DNA of 64,000 bases from Macrostomum hystrix. Lineage: Eukaryota; Animalia; Platyhelminthes. Both the position numbers and the translations under genes were made by a program. The stretch is from the NCBI GenBank assembly GCA_950097015.1, contig CATNEN010000029.1:3906001-3970000 (forward strand). The letters are read 5' to 3'. The notes under the pieces were generated by a model. It had not been told where the DNA came from, searched no databases, and worked only from the letters and a program-made list of their open reading frames with translations. Shown one piece after another: positions 46,661-57,908 of the stretch; the first letter of the stretch is position 1, and each line of letters begins with the position of its first letter.

Positions 46661-46864
46661 GGCAATTCTGCCGATTTCGCTGACTCCTGAGCACACACAC
46701 ACACAGATTCTGTAAGCAGGCATACGCTCTAACAGGTGTGTACTTCTGCCCTTGCAGGTTGGCCCTCAATGGCGGAAATTGCACGACAAGACCCCAAGCC
46801 TTCTGTCCGCGGCTGCGCCTTGCACCTTGGTGCGAGAGGTAAATGGGTTAATCCCTCTGTCACT
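46661..46864 (-). mobile_element. Degenerate copy of the 39.4-kb SINE-like element
   Basis: Shares GCAATTCTGCC.ATTTCGCTGACTCCTGAGCACACAC...GGTTGGCCCTCAA...CCTTGGTGCGAGAGG with 39382-39668. Confidence 0.7.
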
Positions 46865-46899
46865 CACCCTCCTTGATCCGAATCCGAAACGGACGAACC

Positions 46900-48040
46900 T
46901 CAAACTGACAAACCCCAAACTGACAAACCCCAAACTGACAAACCTTAAACTGACAAACCCCAAACTGACAAACCTTAAACTGACAAACCAAAAACTGACA
47001 AACCTTAAACTGACAAACCAAAAACTGACAAACCTTAAACTGACAAACCAAAAACTGACAAACCTTAAACTGACAAACCCCGAAACTGACAAACCCCTAA
47101 CTGACAAACCCCAAACTGACAAACCTCAAACTGACAAACCTTAAACTGACAAACCCCAAACTGACAAACCTTAAACTGACAAACCAAAAACTGACAAACC
47201 TTAAACTGACAAACCCCAAACTGAAAAACCTTATACTGACAAACCAAAAACTGACAAACCTTAAACTGACAAACCCCGAAACTGACAAACCCCTAACTGA
47301 CAAACCCCAAACTGACAAACCCCAAACTGACAAACCCCAAACTGACAAACCTTAAACTGACAAACCCCAAACTGACAAACCTTAAACTGACAAACCCCAA
47401 ACTGACAAACCCCAAACTGACAAACCTTAAACTGACAAACCCCAAACTGACAAACCCCAAAACTGACAAACCCCAAACTGACAAACCCCAAACTGACAAA
47501 CCCCAAACTGACAATTTTCGCTAGCCACAGCTGACAAAGCCCAAACTGACAAACCCCAAACTGACAAACCCCAAACTGACAAACCCCAAACTGACAAACC
47601 TTAAACTGACAAACCCCAAACTGACAAACCCCAAACAGACAAACCCCAAACTGACAATTTTCGCTAGCCACAGCTGACAAAGCCCAAACTGACAAACCCC
47701 AAATTGACAAAACCCAAACTGACAAACCCCAAACTGACAAACCCCAAACTGACAAACTCCAAACAGACAAACCCCAAACTGACAATTTTCGCTAGCCACA
47801 GCTGACAAAGCCCAAACTGACAAAACCCAAACTGACAAAACCCAAACTGACAAAACCCAAACTGACAAACCCCAAACTGACAAACCCCAAACTGACAATT
47901 TTCGCTAGCCACAGCTGACAAACCCCAAACTGACAAACCCCAAACTGACAAACCCCAAAACTGACAAACCCCAAACTGACAAACCCCAAACTGACAAACC
48001 CCAAACTGACAATTTTCGCTAGCCACAGCTGAAAAAGCCC
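46900..48040. repeat. 15-bp minisatellite (CTGACAAACCCCAAA) with periodic CTGACAATTTTCGCTAGCCACAG inserts in the right half
   Basis: Directly visible. Confidence 0.93.
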
Positions 48041-48659
48041 AAACAGAAAAAGCAAAAGGCAGTAATAACTATGCGGCTTGTTTAAGAAAGCTGGTTCACT
48101 GCATGCGGGTACTACGAGTAAAATGTTTTAGCACAATGGACACTCCGGAATATACCGCGCATTAGTTCTGCATCTTAGGTATACTTGTATCGCTTATAGC
48201 TGAATTTATAATGCACAGAATCAACACATGAGAAAGGCTGCCCGCTTATGTTCGAAACAAGTTTATATTTAGACTGAATTTGACCCTGTTTCTGGCTAAG
48301 CTGTGCAAAATTAAAACATGATCATCGTCATCAACTATTTTCTATCTGGAATCGTGTTTGCATTCATTCCGTAGAAAACTTATTAGACAGTTTATACAGT
48401 GAAACAATTCTGACAAAAGTATCAAAATGAAAGACATGCATGCAGATTTCATTTTTAGTATATTAGATTGCACAGTACTTTGCTGTGTTTAGCACATGTA
48501 GCTAATACTTTCACGCCTATAGTTTCCTATATAACCATGCAATCGTGCACTCACGGTAACAATATGTTTACCTTTGTACATGTACATTTATAAGGAAGAG
48601 GATCTGCGAAAAATGTCTGGCTTAGTTTTAAAGAAAACCTCAGTTTGAATATCCAAGCG

Positions 48660-49290
48660 GACTTAAAATGTCCCATCTCGAAAATCCCAAAGCAATTTAA
48701 ATATGCCATGAGCTCAAATATCCCGACTAAAAAAATCCCCAGTTCGAATATCCCAACTTAAATATCCCAAGTCTAAACTCCCCAAGCACTTCAAATATCC
48801 CAACAAAAAATCCACAAATATCCCAACTCGAAAATCCAAAAGCAGTTCGAATATCCCAAGTCGGAAATCCCCAATCAGTTTAAATATCCCAACTCGAAAT
48901 CCCAAGCAGTTCAAATATCCCAACTCGGAAATCCCCAATCAGGATAAATATCCCAACTCGAAACTCCAAAAGCAGTTCAAATCCCAACTCGGAAATCCCC
49001 AATCAGGTTAAATATCCCAACTCGAAATCCCAAGCAGTTCAAATATCCCAACTCGGAAATCCCCAATCAGGTTAAATATCCCAACTCGGAACTCCAAAAG
49101 CAGTTCAAGTATCCCAACTCGGAAATCCCCAATCAGGTTAAATATCCCAACTCGAAATCCCAAGCAGTTCAAATATCCCAACTCGGAAATCCCCAATCAG
49201 GATAAATATCCCAACTCGAAACTCCAAAAGCAGTTCAAGTATCCCAACTCGGAAATCCCCAATCAGGTTAAATATCCCAACTCGAAAATC
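48660..49290. repeat. Compound repeat based on AAATATCCCAACTCG(G)AAATCCC
   Basis: Directly visible; imperfect higher-order units. Confidence 0.85.
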
Positions 49291-49884
49291 CCCAATCCCA
49301 GATTCTTGAATATCCACATCAAAATCAAGCCTGCTTTCCATTTATTATTCAAACGAAAATTATCCAAGTTGAGTCTGTGCTCAGAATTAGCAAAGAAAGG
49401 ATTTTTTTGTTTTGTTTTAACCCACCTCAGTCTGGGGTCCTTGCAGTTAATCAAATCCCCTGTTGCGCGAGTTGCCCAAAGCTCAGACACTAAATCGCTA
49501 TATTAGCTATAAACTGGATTACCCAACCATTTTTCATTTGTGTCATACAATTATTATATTTTCATTGTTTTCTATAGAACTGAATTCCTAGGAAATAGAA
49601 AAATATGGAATTCTTCTGAGGTGAAGCAAGAAGTGGGGAAGAGAGGAGAGAAGAGTGGAAAGGAAGAGAAGAGAAGAGAAGAAGTTGTATACAATACAAA
49701 TATTTTGATCTTTTGTGTCACACAAATTAAAAAACTTGACACCAATTTTGGCAGAATATGTTGGTCTTTTATTTTGTGACAAAGAAATAATTCTGCATTA
49801 AATAAAGAATGGGAGCCGGGATGAGGTATAATATTAGGGATTGTGAGTTATGGTAAAAAATACTAGTAATTATCTAGTACAAGG

Positions 49885-50824
49885 TGAGATTTTGGAACTG
49901 TGAGATTTTGTAACCATGAGATTTTGGAACTGTGAGATTTTGTAACCATGAGATTTTGGAACTGTGAGATTTTGTAACCATGAGATTTTGGAACTTTGAG
50001 ATTTTGGAACTGTGAGATTTTATGTGCAATATGTTTTGGAATGGAGATTGCAGTCATGAGGGAATAGAGATTGCAGTCATGAGGGAATAGAGATTGCAGT
50101 CATGAGGGAATAGAGATTGCAGTCATGAGGGAATGGAGATTGCAGTCATGAGGGAATAGAGATTGCAGTCATGAGGGAATGGAGATTGCAGTCATGAGGG
50201 AATAGAGATTGCAGTCATGAGGGAATTGAGATTGCAGTCATGAGGGAATTGAGATTGCAGTCATGAGGGAATTGAGATTGCAGTCATGAGGGAATGGAGA
50301 TTGCAGTCATGAGGGAATAGAGATTGCAGTCATGAGGGAATTGAGATTGCAGTCATGAGGGAATTGAGATTGCAGTCATGAGGGAATAGAGATTGCAGTC
50401 ATGAGGGAATAGAGATTGCAGTCATGAGGGAATAGAGATTGCAGTCATGAGGGAATAGAGATTGCAGTCATGAGGGAATTGAGATTGCAGTCATGAGGGA
50501 ATAGAGATTGCAGTCATGAGGGAATAGAGATTGCAGTCATGAGGGAATAGAGATTGCAGTCATGAGGGAATTGAGATTGCAGTCATGAGGGAATTGAGAT
50601 TGCAGTCATGAGGGAATTGAGATTGCAGTCATGAAGGAATTGAGATTGCAGTCATGAGGGAATTGAGATTGCAGTCATGAGGGAATAGAGATTGCAGTCA
50701 TGAGGGAATTGAGATTGCAGTCATGAGGGAATAGAGATTGCAGTCATGAGGGAATAGAGATTGCAGTCATGAGGGAATAGAGATTGCAGTCATGAGGGAA
50801 TAGAGATTGCAGTCATGAGGGAAT
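49885..50824. repeat. 16/32-bp repeat (GAGATTTTGGAACTGT/GAGATTTTGTAACCAT) followed by a 23-bp array (GAGATTGCAGTCATGAGGGAATA), ~34 units
   Basis: Directly visible. Confidence 0.93.
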
Positions 50825-51133
50825 ATAGATTACACGGATGTGCAGGTGTGGCATTTAATTAAAATTATTTTGCCTTAGACACATGTATTGGCTTATATAG
50901 TTAACGTCAATTCCCCCCTATCGCAAAAAATACATTTGTGCATAAGGCATGCGAACTGTACACGCGGTCCCTTAAATTTTTGGCCTCAGCTATGCAGCCT
51001 ATAACATTGGTTGCTAGCAAATCCTCTGTTAAGCCTCGGTGGGGTGTGTATATTTAGCTTGAAGCGCATATGAAAAGCATATTTCTACAACATTTTTGTT
51101 ATGCCCGAGTGCGCAGAATATTGCTAGGCACAA

Positions 51134-51958
51134 GGACAAGACAGGAGAGAGGAGACAAGACAGGAGAGAGGAGACAAGACAGGAGAGAGGAGACAAGACA
51201 GGAGAGAGGAGACAAGACAGGAGAGAGGAGACAAGACAGGAGAGAGGAGACAAGACAGGAGAGAGGAGACAAGACAGGAGAGAGGAGACAAGACAGGAGA
51301 GAGGAGACAAGACAGGAGAGAGGAGACAAGACAGGAGAGAGGAGACAAGACAGGAGAGAGGAGACAAGACAGGAGAGAGGAGACAAGACAGGAGAGAGGA
51401 GACAAGACAGGAGAGAGGAGACAAGACAGGAGAGAGGAGACAAGACGGGAGAGAGGAGACAAGACAGGAGAGAGGAGACAAGACAGGAGAGAGGAGACAA
51501 GACAGGAGAGAGGAGAAAAGACAGGAGAGAGGAGACAAGACAGGAGAGAGGAGAAAAGACAGGAGAGAGGAGACAAGACAGGAGAGAGGAGACAAGACAG
51601 GAGAGAGGAGACAAGACAGGAGAGAGGAGACAAGACAGGAGAGAGGAGACAAGACAGGAGAGAGGAGACAAGACAGGAGAGAGGAGACAAGACAGGAGAG
51701 AGGAGACAAGACAGGAGAGAGGAGACAAGACAGGAGAGAGGAGACAAGACAGGAGAGAGGAGACAAGACAGGAGAGAGGAGACAAGACAGGAGAGAGGAG
51801 ACAAGACAGGAGAGAGGAGACAAGACAGGAGAGAGGAGACAAGACAGGAGAGAGGAGACAAGACAGGAGAGAGGAGACAAGACAGGAGAGAGGAGACAAG
51901 ACAGGAGAGAGGAGACAAGACAGGAGAGAGGAGACAAGACAGGAGAGAGGAGACAAGA
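51134..51958. repeat. 19-bp purine-rich minisatellite (ACAGGAGAGAGGAGACAAG), ~43 units
   Basis: Directly visible. The 19-aa periodic ORFs on both strands are by-products. Confidence 0.95.
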
Positions 51959-52589
51959 AATTATCCTGCGTAGAGTAAGCATGAGGTAAGCCTCGTGAGG
52001 CCAAGAGAAGGTTTGTAAATCGTGGATTCACAACGCTTCTCGCCGAATATAAACAGAACGAATAAAAAAGCGACTGAGTGAATGACAAGTCAATGATAGT
52101 TTAGAATTTGAGATCTCGCGGTGATGTAACTGTGCTCAGCAGACTGTGGAAGACAATGAAGTGGGTTAAAAAACTCGAGATCTGTATCTGGAAAAGCCTA
52201 TTGTAATCAGATTTAATGAATTAGGCCAGGCAATAAAGCTATAAGTATGCATTTAGATTGCACAATGACTGTACAAGCAGCAGTTTAATGTGCGATAAAA
52301 GCTCGGAAAGAATTAACCTGCCACGTTGACTCCGACAATTTGGTATTACGCAATCAGAGGAAACAAAAACTGCCAAGTCTTCTTTCATATAGGATGCAAA
52401 GTGACGATAACTGTCGATTGTTTAGTGAGATCAAAATTAAGTTTAATAGAAAGAACCTTTAGATAAGCTAACTAAGGCACGGCTGATCATCTTTCGATTA
52501 TATTTATTAGTTTTTTGTAGTTGATAACACAGATTAGTTGGCAATATCGATTAGTTGGTAATATTGATAAGTTGATAACATCGATTAGT

Positions 52590-53230
52590 TAGTAATATTG
52601 ATAAGTTGATAATATTGATTATTTGAATATTTTGATTAGTTGGTAATATCTATTAGTTGGTAATACAAATTAGTTGGTAATATAGATTAGTTGGTAATAT
52701 AGATTAGTTGGTAATACAGATTAGTTGGTAATACAGATTAGTTGGTAATATAGATTAGTTGGTAATATAGATTAGTTGGTAATATAGATTAGTTGGTAAT
52801 ATAGATTAGTTGGTAATACAGATTAGTTGGTAATATAGATTAGTTGGTAATATAGATTAGTTGGTAATATAGATTTGTTGGTAATATAGATTAGTTGGTA
52901 ATATAGATTAGTTGGTAATACAGATTAGTTGGTAATATAGATTAGTTGGTAATATAGATTAGTTGGTAATATAGATTAGTTGGTAATATAGATTAGTTGG
53001 TAATACAGATTAGTTGGTAATATAGATTAGTTGGTAATATAGATTAGTTGGTAATATAGATTAGTTGGTAATACAGATTAGTTGGTAATATAGATTAGTT
53101 GGTAATATAGATTAGTTGGTAATATAGATTAGTTGGTAATATAGATTAGTTGGTAATATAGATTAGTTGGTAATATAGATTTGTTGGTAATATAGATTTG
53201 TTGGTAATATAGATTAGTTGGTAATAAAGA
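52590..53230. repeat. 17-bp AT-rich minisatellite (ATAGATTAGTTGGTAAT)
   Basis: Directly visible. Confidence 0.93.
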
Positions 53231-54029
53231 TTATTGGGTAATATCGATTAGTTTTTGTCTGTAATATTGATAAGTTGATAAGATTTATTAGTTGATAAGA
53301 TTCATTATTTTATAATATCGATTAATTACTAATTAACTAATTACTTGATAAGATTAGAAAACAAATACTAATATTTTTGGTCACCACTTAGGAAAAATGT
53401 TATGCCTAACATTTTCGAATTTAGGATATCAAAAAGGACCACTATTATTAAAAACTTGATCTAATTGTTTTTTGTCATAAAAATTCTTTAGAATTGAACA
53501 AATCTTCCAACATAGACTAGACGACAGAATGAAAGTGAACTACAGAGGGAAAACGAGAGAAAGAGGATTAACATTGCAGCTGTCAATCAATAGTGGCCAT
53601 TGTGCATGGGATAATTAAGGGGTCGCTAGCAGTCTCCTCTATTTCTTTCTTTGTCGCTGTGCCGCCTCGCCCATGCCCAACGATAAAAATCTATTATTAG
53701 ATTGAGAGGCTGAGAATGGCTTGATGTTGGCGCGAGAGACGCTCACACAGAGATGGACATTTGAGCACAGCGTGGAGTCACCCCCTGACCAGCCAAGAAA
53801 CGACGACAATAGAAAGAGTGGATCGCCCGCTGGCGGACTCAAAGAAGCACGAAAAAATATTTCCTCACTGGAGTCAGGGAGTTCCATGGACAGTTGCTAG
53901 GGCGTTGGCGCCTGCCCGCGGCTGCTCAATGGAACAACTTAAGACATTTCTTTTTTTAACTGATGAATAGGCGATTTGTTCTAGAAGCTTCTGAGTCGCT
54001 TCAGAAGAGGTCATTAGAAAAGTATTTGA

Positions 54030-54615
54030 ATCTTTAGAGAAGCGTTTGAGACTTTAGAGAAGCGTTTGAGTCATTAGAGAAGTGATTGAGTCAATAGAGA
54101 AGCGTTTGAGTCATTAGAGAAGTGATTGAGTCATTAGAGAAGTGTTTGGAGATCATAGAGACGTATTTGAGTCATGAAAGAAGTGTTTGGGTCATTAGAG
54201 AAGTGATTGAGTCATTAGAGAAGCGTTTGGGTCATTAGAGAAGTGATTGAGTCATTAGAGAAGTGATTGAGTCATTAGAGAAGTGTTTGAGTCATTAGAG
54301 AAGTGTTTGAGTCATTAGAGAAGTGTTTGGAGATCACAGAGACGCATTGGAGTCATTAGAGAAGTGTTTGAGTCATTAGTGAAGTGTTTGAGTCATTAGA
54401 GAAGTGTTTGAGTCATTAGTGAAGTGTTTGAGTCATTAGAGAAGTGTTTGAGTCATTAGTGAAGTGTTTAAGTCATTAGAGAAGTGTTTGGAGATCACAG
54501 AGACGTATTGGAGTCATGATAGAAGTGTTTGGGTCATTAGAGAAGTGATTGAGTCATTAGAGAAGTGTTTGGAGATCACAGAGTAGTATTTGAGTCAAGA
54601 GAGAAGTGTTTGAGT
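54030..54615. repeat. 20-bp minisatellite (GAGTCATTAGAGAAGTGTTT)
   Basis: Directly visible. Confidence 0.9.
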
Positions 54616-55391
54616 CCTTAGAAAAGCCGTTATCTACCCTGTAACTACCCTTGCCAGATTTCATGGAAGCAAAGAAATATAGGAACAGACAAATATGTAC
54701 TATTTGCTTGCCCGACACACACTGAGAGGCTGCAAAAGCGACCAAGTAATATTTATTTATTCATAATAATTGATTATTGTGTTTAAATTATAGTACACAG
54801 AGTCAACAGAATACGAACAGCAAAAACACAGATTACAGCACAGTGGAAACAAAATTAATTAATTAATACGATTTAAGTTTCGTGTGACTAGGCTAAGACA
54901 TAAGACTTGATAGGCATGCATTCATGTATAGCCCTATATAATTTACACTGCAATTTAACGTGACTTTACGAATCGGTTTCTAATTTCCAAATTTAACAAG
55001 CAAATAACAGGCAATCTAATGTGATTATGCAACGCATACACTACGTACAAATGTTGAATGAAAAAAAACACGAATTTTTACACTATACTCAACTTAAATT
55101 TAATGCAGGCTTCTTAAAAAATGCCTTCCAAACTCCACTAGCTATGTACACAGTTGAATAGTCATGTGATAGGGGCGTATAGGATGCACTCTGTCTCTGT
55201 ACAGGAAAAGCGTTAGTAAACGATATATATTTGTTATAGCGGTATATTTAAAAAAAGCTGATTGACAAGCACAGGCTGAATATTTGGATGTGTGTGAGTG
55301 TGTCAATCTTATAGCTGTATACACAGATATCGATTAGCAGATGGAATGCAGCAACGGCGAATGGGGGAACGCGGGATAATGTCCCACATGG

Positions 55392-57908
55392 TCACCGGGG
55401 CCTGTGCTGCGATCGGGCCTGTGCATGGTGATGATGCAGAAGCTGTTGCTGCTGCTGCTGCTGTTGCTGGGTGAGGCTGAGGTCCATAGGCCGCACATAG
55501 TCATCGCTAGCTGGTCGGGTGGAGTCGCAGCCGCTGTTGCCTGCATTAGTCTGCTGGGCGGAGGACACAGCAGCAGCAGCAGCAGCAGCCGCCGCGGCAG
55601 CCATGCTGAAGGAGGACTGGTGATGATGTGCGGTCAGGCCGTGGGCGTAGGGGAAGCCAGCGGCTGCGGCGGCCGCGGCGGCGGCTGCAGCTGCCTGGTG
55701 CGGATGCTGCGGTGGCAGGAAAGCGTATGGATAATAGAGCGAGTAGGCGTGCGCCGGTGTCAGCGGCGGCGGGTACGGGCTTATAAGATGGTGCCCCGCT
55801 TGGAAATGACCGGCTGCAGCTGCGGCGGCGGCAGCTGCGGCAGCCGCTTGCTGCTGCTGTTGCTGCTGCAGATGATAAGCAGCCTGCTGCTGCTGCTGCT
55901 GCTGCTGATGATAAACTTTGGCGAGTTTACTGCCCGATGCTAGCGGAGCGGACCCAGCAGCGGGCACAGGAGTCGGCGCATGCGGCCTTTTCTTCTGCTG
56001 CTGTTGTTGCTTCTTCAGCTCGACAGGCTGGTAGGAGAGAGGCGAAGGTAGCGGAGACAAAAGCTGGGATTTTACACTTGGTTTGACTGGACCTGCAGTC
56101 GACTTGGATTTCGGAGGCTTCGGAAGAGCAGGCAGCTGCTGCTGCTGCTGTGACGCTGCTTGGTGAGTAGCAGCTTGAACCGGAGGCGGGGCCGGCAGCT
56201 GAGGAATCTGCGCCGGCGGAGGCTGCTCCAGTTTGGAAGTGATTGCATGATCGGTTGATAGTGGTGCAGGCTTGGCCGCGGCAGTCGCGGGCTGCAGGTC
56301 AATCAGCAGCGGCTTGTCTTCGTCATCACTTGCCGATGTTGCTGCGGCGTCTTCGACGGCGGTATTGGTTTCCAGGTCAGCTGACTGAGCAGGAGCTGGA
56401 GCCGTTGTAGGAAGAGGAATGTGACATTCCGCTCTGGACGCATCTGAATCGCCGTTGCACAATGCTGGTGGGTCAACGGCGACGGCTGCTGCTGCCGTCA
56501 GCTTCTGCTGAGTCTGCGGAGGCAGCGGCCGAGGCGACTTCTTTACCGGATGGTCCGGCTTGCGCTTCTTCTTCGGGCTGGTGGGCTGGGACTCTTCCGC
56601 GACAACTGCTGCCACTGCTACTGCTGCTGCTGCTGCTGTTGCTGGAGCAGGTGATACAGAAACTGTAATGATAGGATCTGAAGGTGCAACGGACGGTGGC
56701 GGCGACTCCACGGCTGGCTCCGATGTTGGCGTCTCTGCAGGTGTCTTTGGAGCGCTCTCAGCAGCAGCATCTTCAGGAACAGTTTGCAGCTCTGCTGGTA
56801 TGTCAGCAGCTTGCTCTTGCTGCTGCTCGTGCTCCGCCTCAGCTAGCAGCCTGTCAGAGGCCTGCACGAGCACTGGGGTTGCAGCCTCAGCCTGACCCGA
56901 CATCTGGTCATCGTCTTCGTCGTCGGCAAAGAAGCCGACTGGATCCGGGGACTCGCGGAAGATCACGTCCATACCGTTGACTCGCACCTGAGTCAGGACG
57001 ATGCGACCGAAGGCGTCACGCCGAGCCACGGGTGGCAGCACGGTTGTGACGCCAATCAACTCGAGCGGCACCTTCACTGGCGGGTCCGGCCGCGTTGGCG
57101 GCTGCCGCTTAAACCGATTCTTGCTGCCCTTGGGCCGGCCGCGCTTCCGCTTCAGCAGGCTGAAGGACGAAGTCGACGCTGCTGCCCCAGTCGACGAGTA
57201 CCTGGACTGAGCTGCGCCGTTGCCGCTAGGTGCGCTGCCTGACGCGCCAGCAGCTACCTTCTGCTGCTCCTGACTGCCCGATGTTCCCAGCTGCTGCTGC
57301 TTCTGAGGATGAAGCGACTGACCTGCGGCCAGCCTCTCTGGCAGCATTCTGCCAGCGGTCTCCTCGCGATTGTTGAGCAAGCTGCCCTCAGAGGAGTCTC
57401 GCGGCTTCTCTTCCTCTTCATTGAGGTCCGGCTCGGACTCGCTGTCGTCCCTGTCGTCAGCAACTAGGCTGCGCTGGTTGCTGTTGTTGTTGACCTCAGC
57501 CGAACGCATCAGTTCAGACTTTCTGCGAATAGTACTTCCGCCGCGAATGTCCCGCTTGACAACCAGCGGCGACACTTTCAGCGAATGCACGGAGGCATCG
57601 GCGCCACCGCTACGTGGCGTGGCGCAGCGGGCCCGCTCGGGCGATGGCGCCTCCGAGTTGCTGCCGCTATCTGCGTCGCTGTCGGCGAGTAGGCCGCGTT
57701 CCTTGCGAAGGAATCGACTCACGTGAGTAGACTGCTGCTGCTGCTGCTTAGGTGTACTACTGACCTCTGAGTCTGGCTCCTCGGCTCCATCCAGTTCTTC
57801 ATCTTCCTCGTCATCGTCGTCGTGTTCGGAGGCCGCTGCAGCAGCTGCAGTGTCGGACACCTGAGCCAGGCAGCTTTTCGGTATGGTTAGCAACAGTTTG
57901 GGCCTCTC
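55392..57908 (-). CDS. Pc: Pc/CBX exon 5 (AT-hook, Pc box, Q/A/P-rich tail, PMDLS)
   Basis: ORF 55392..57944. Acceptor TTTTCTATTGCAG|GAG at 57909/57908. Confidence 0.85.
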   Translation of the reverse strand, partial: ERPKLLLTIPKSCLAQVSDTAAAAAASEHDDDDEEDEELDGAEEPDSEVSSTPKQQQQQSTHVSRFLRKERGLLADSDADSGSNSEAPSPERARCATPRSGGADASVHSLKVSPLVVKRDIRGGSTIRRKSELMRSAEVNNNSNQRSLVADDRDDSESEPDLNEEEEKPRDSSEGSLLNNREETAGRMLPERLAAGQSLHPQKQQQLGTSGSQEQQKVAAGASGSAPSGNGAAQSRYSSTGAAASTSSFSLLKRKRGRPKGSKNRFKRQPPTRPDPPVKVPLELIGVTTVLPPVARRDAFGRIVLTQVRVNGMDVIFRESPDPVGFFADDEDDDQMSGQAEAATPVLVQASDRLLAEAEHEQQQEQAADIPAELQTVPEDAAAESAPKTPAETPTSEPAVESPPPSVAPSDPIITVSVSPAPATAAAAAVAVAAVVAEESQPTSPKKKRKPDHPVKKSPRPLPPQTQQKLTAAAAVAVDPPALCNGDSDASRAECHIPLPTTAPAPAQSADLETNTAVEDAAATSASDDEDKPLLIDLQPATAAAKPAPLSTDHAITSKLEQPPPAQIPQLPAPPPVQAATHQAASQQQQQLPALPKPPKSKSTAGPVKPSVKSQLLSPLPSPLSYQPVELKKQQQQQKKRPHAPTPVPAAGSAPLASGSKLAKVYHQQQQQQQQAAYHLQQQQQQQAAAAAAAAAAAAGHFQAGHHLISPYPPPLTPAHAYSLYYPYAFLPPQHPHQAAAAAAAAAAAAGFPYAHGLTAHHHQSSFSMAAAAAAAAAAAVSSAQQTNAGNSGCDSTRPASDDYVRPMDLSLTQQQQQQQQQLLHHHHAQARSQHRPR

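Noticed and set aside
32831-51989. Periodic ORFs in the satellites (e.g. 32831-33509, 40145-40757, 46752-48055, 51029-52088)
   Set aside because: They are translations of tandem repeats in several frames and strands, with no splice or compositional support.
32883-54615. CRISPR-like arrays
   Set aside because: Units are directly tandem with no unique spacers, there are no cas genes, and the context is eukaryotic.
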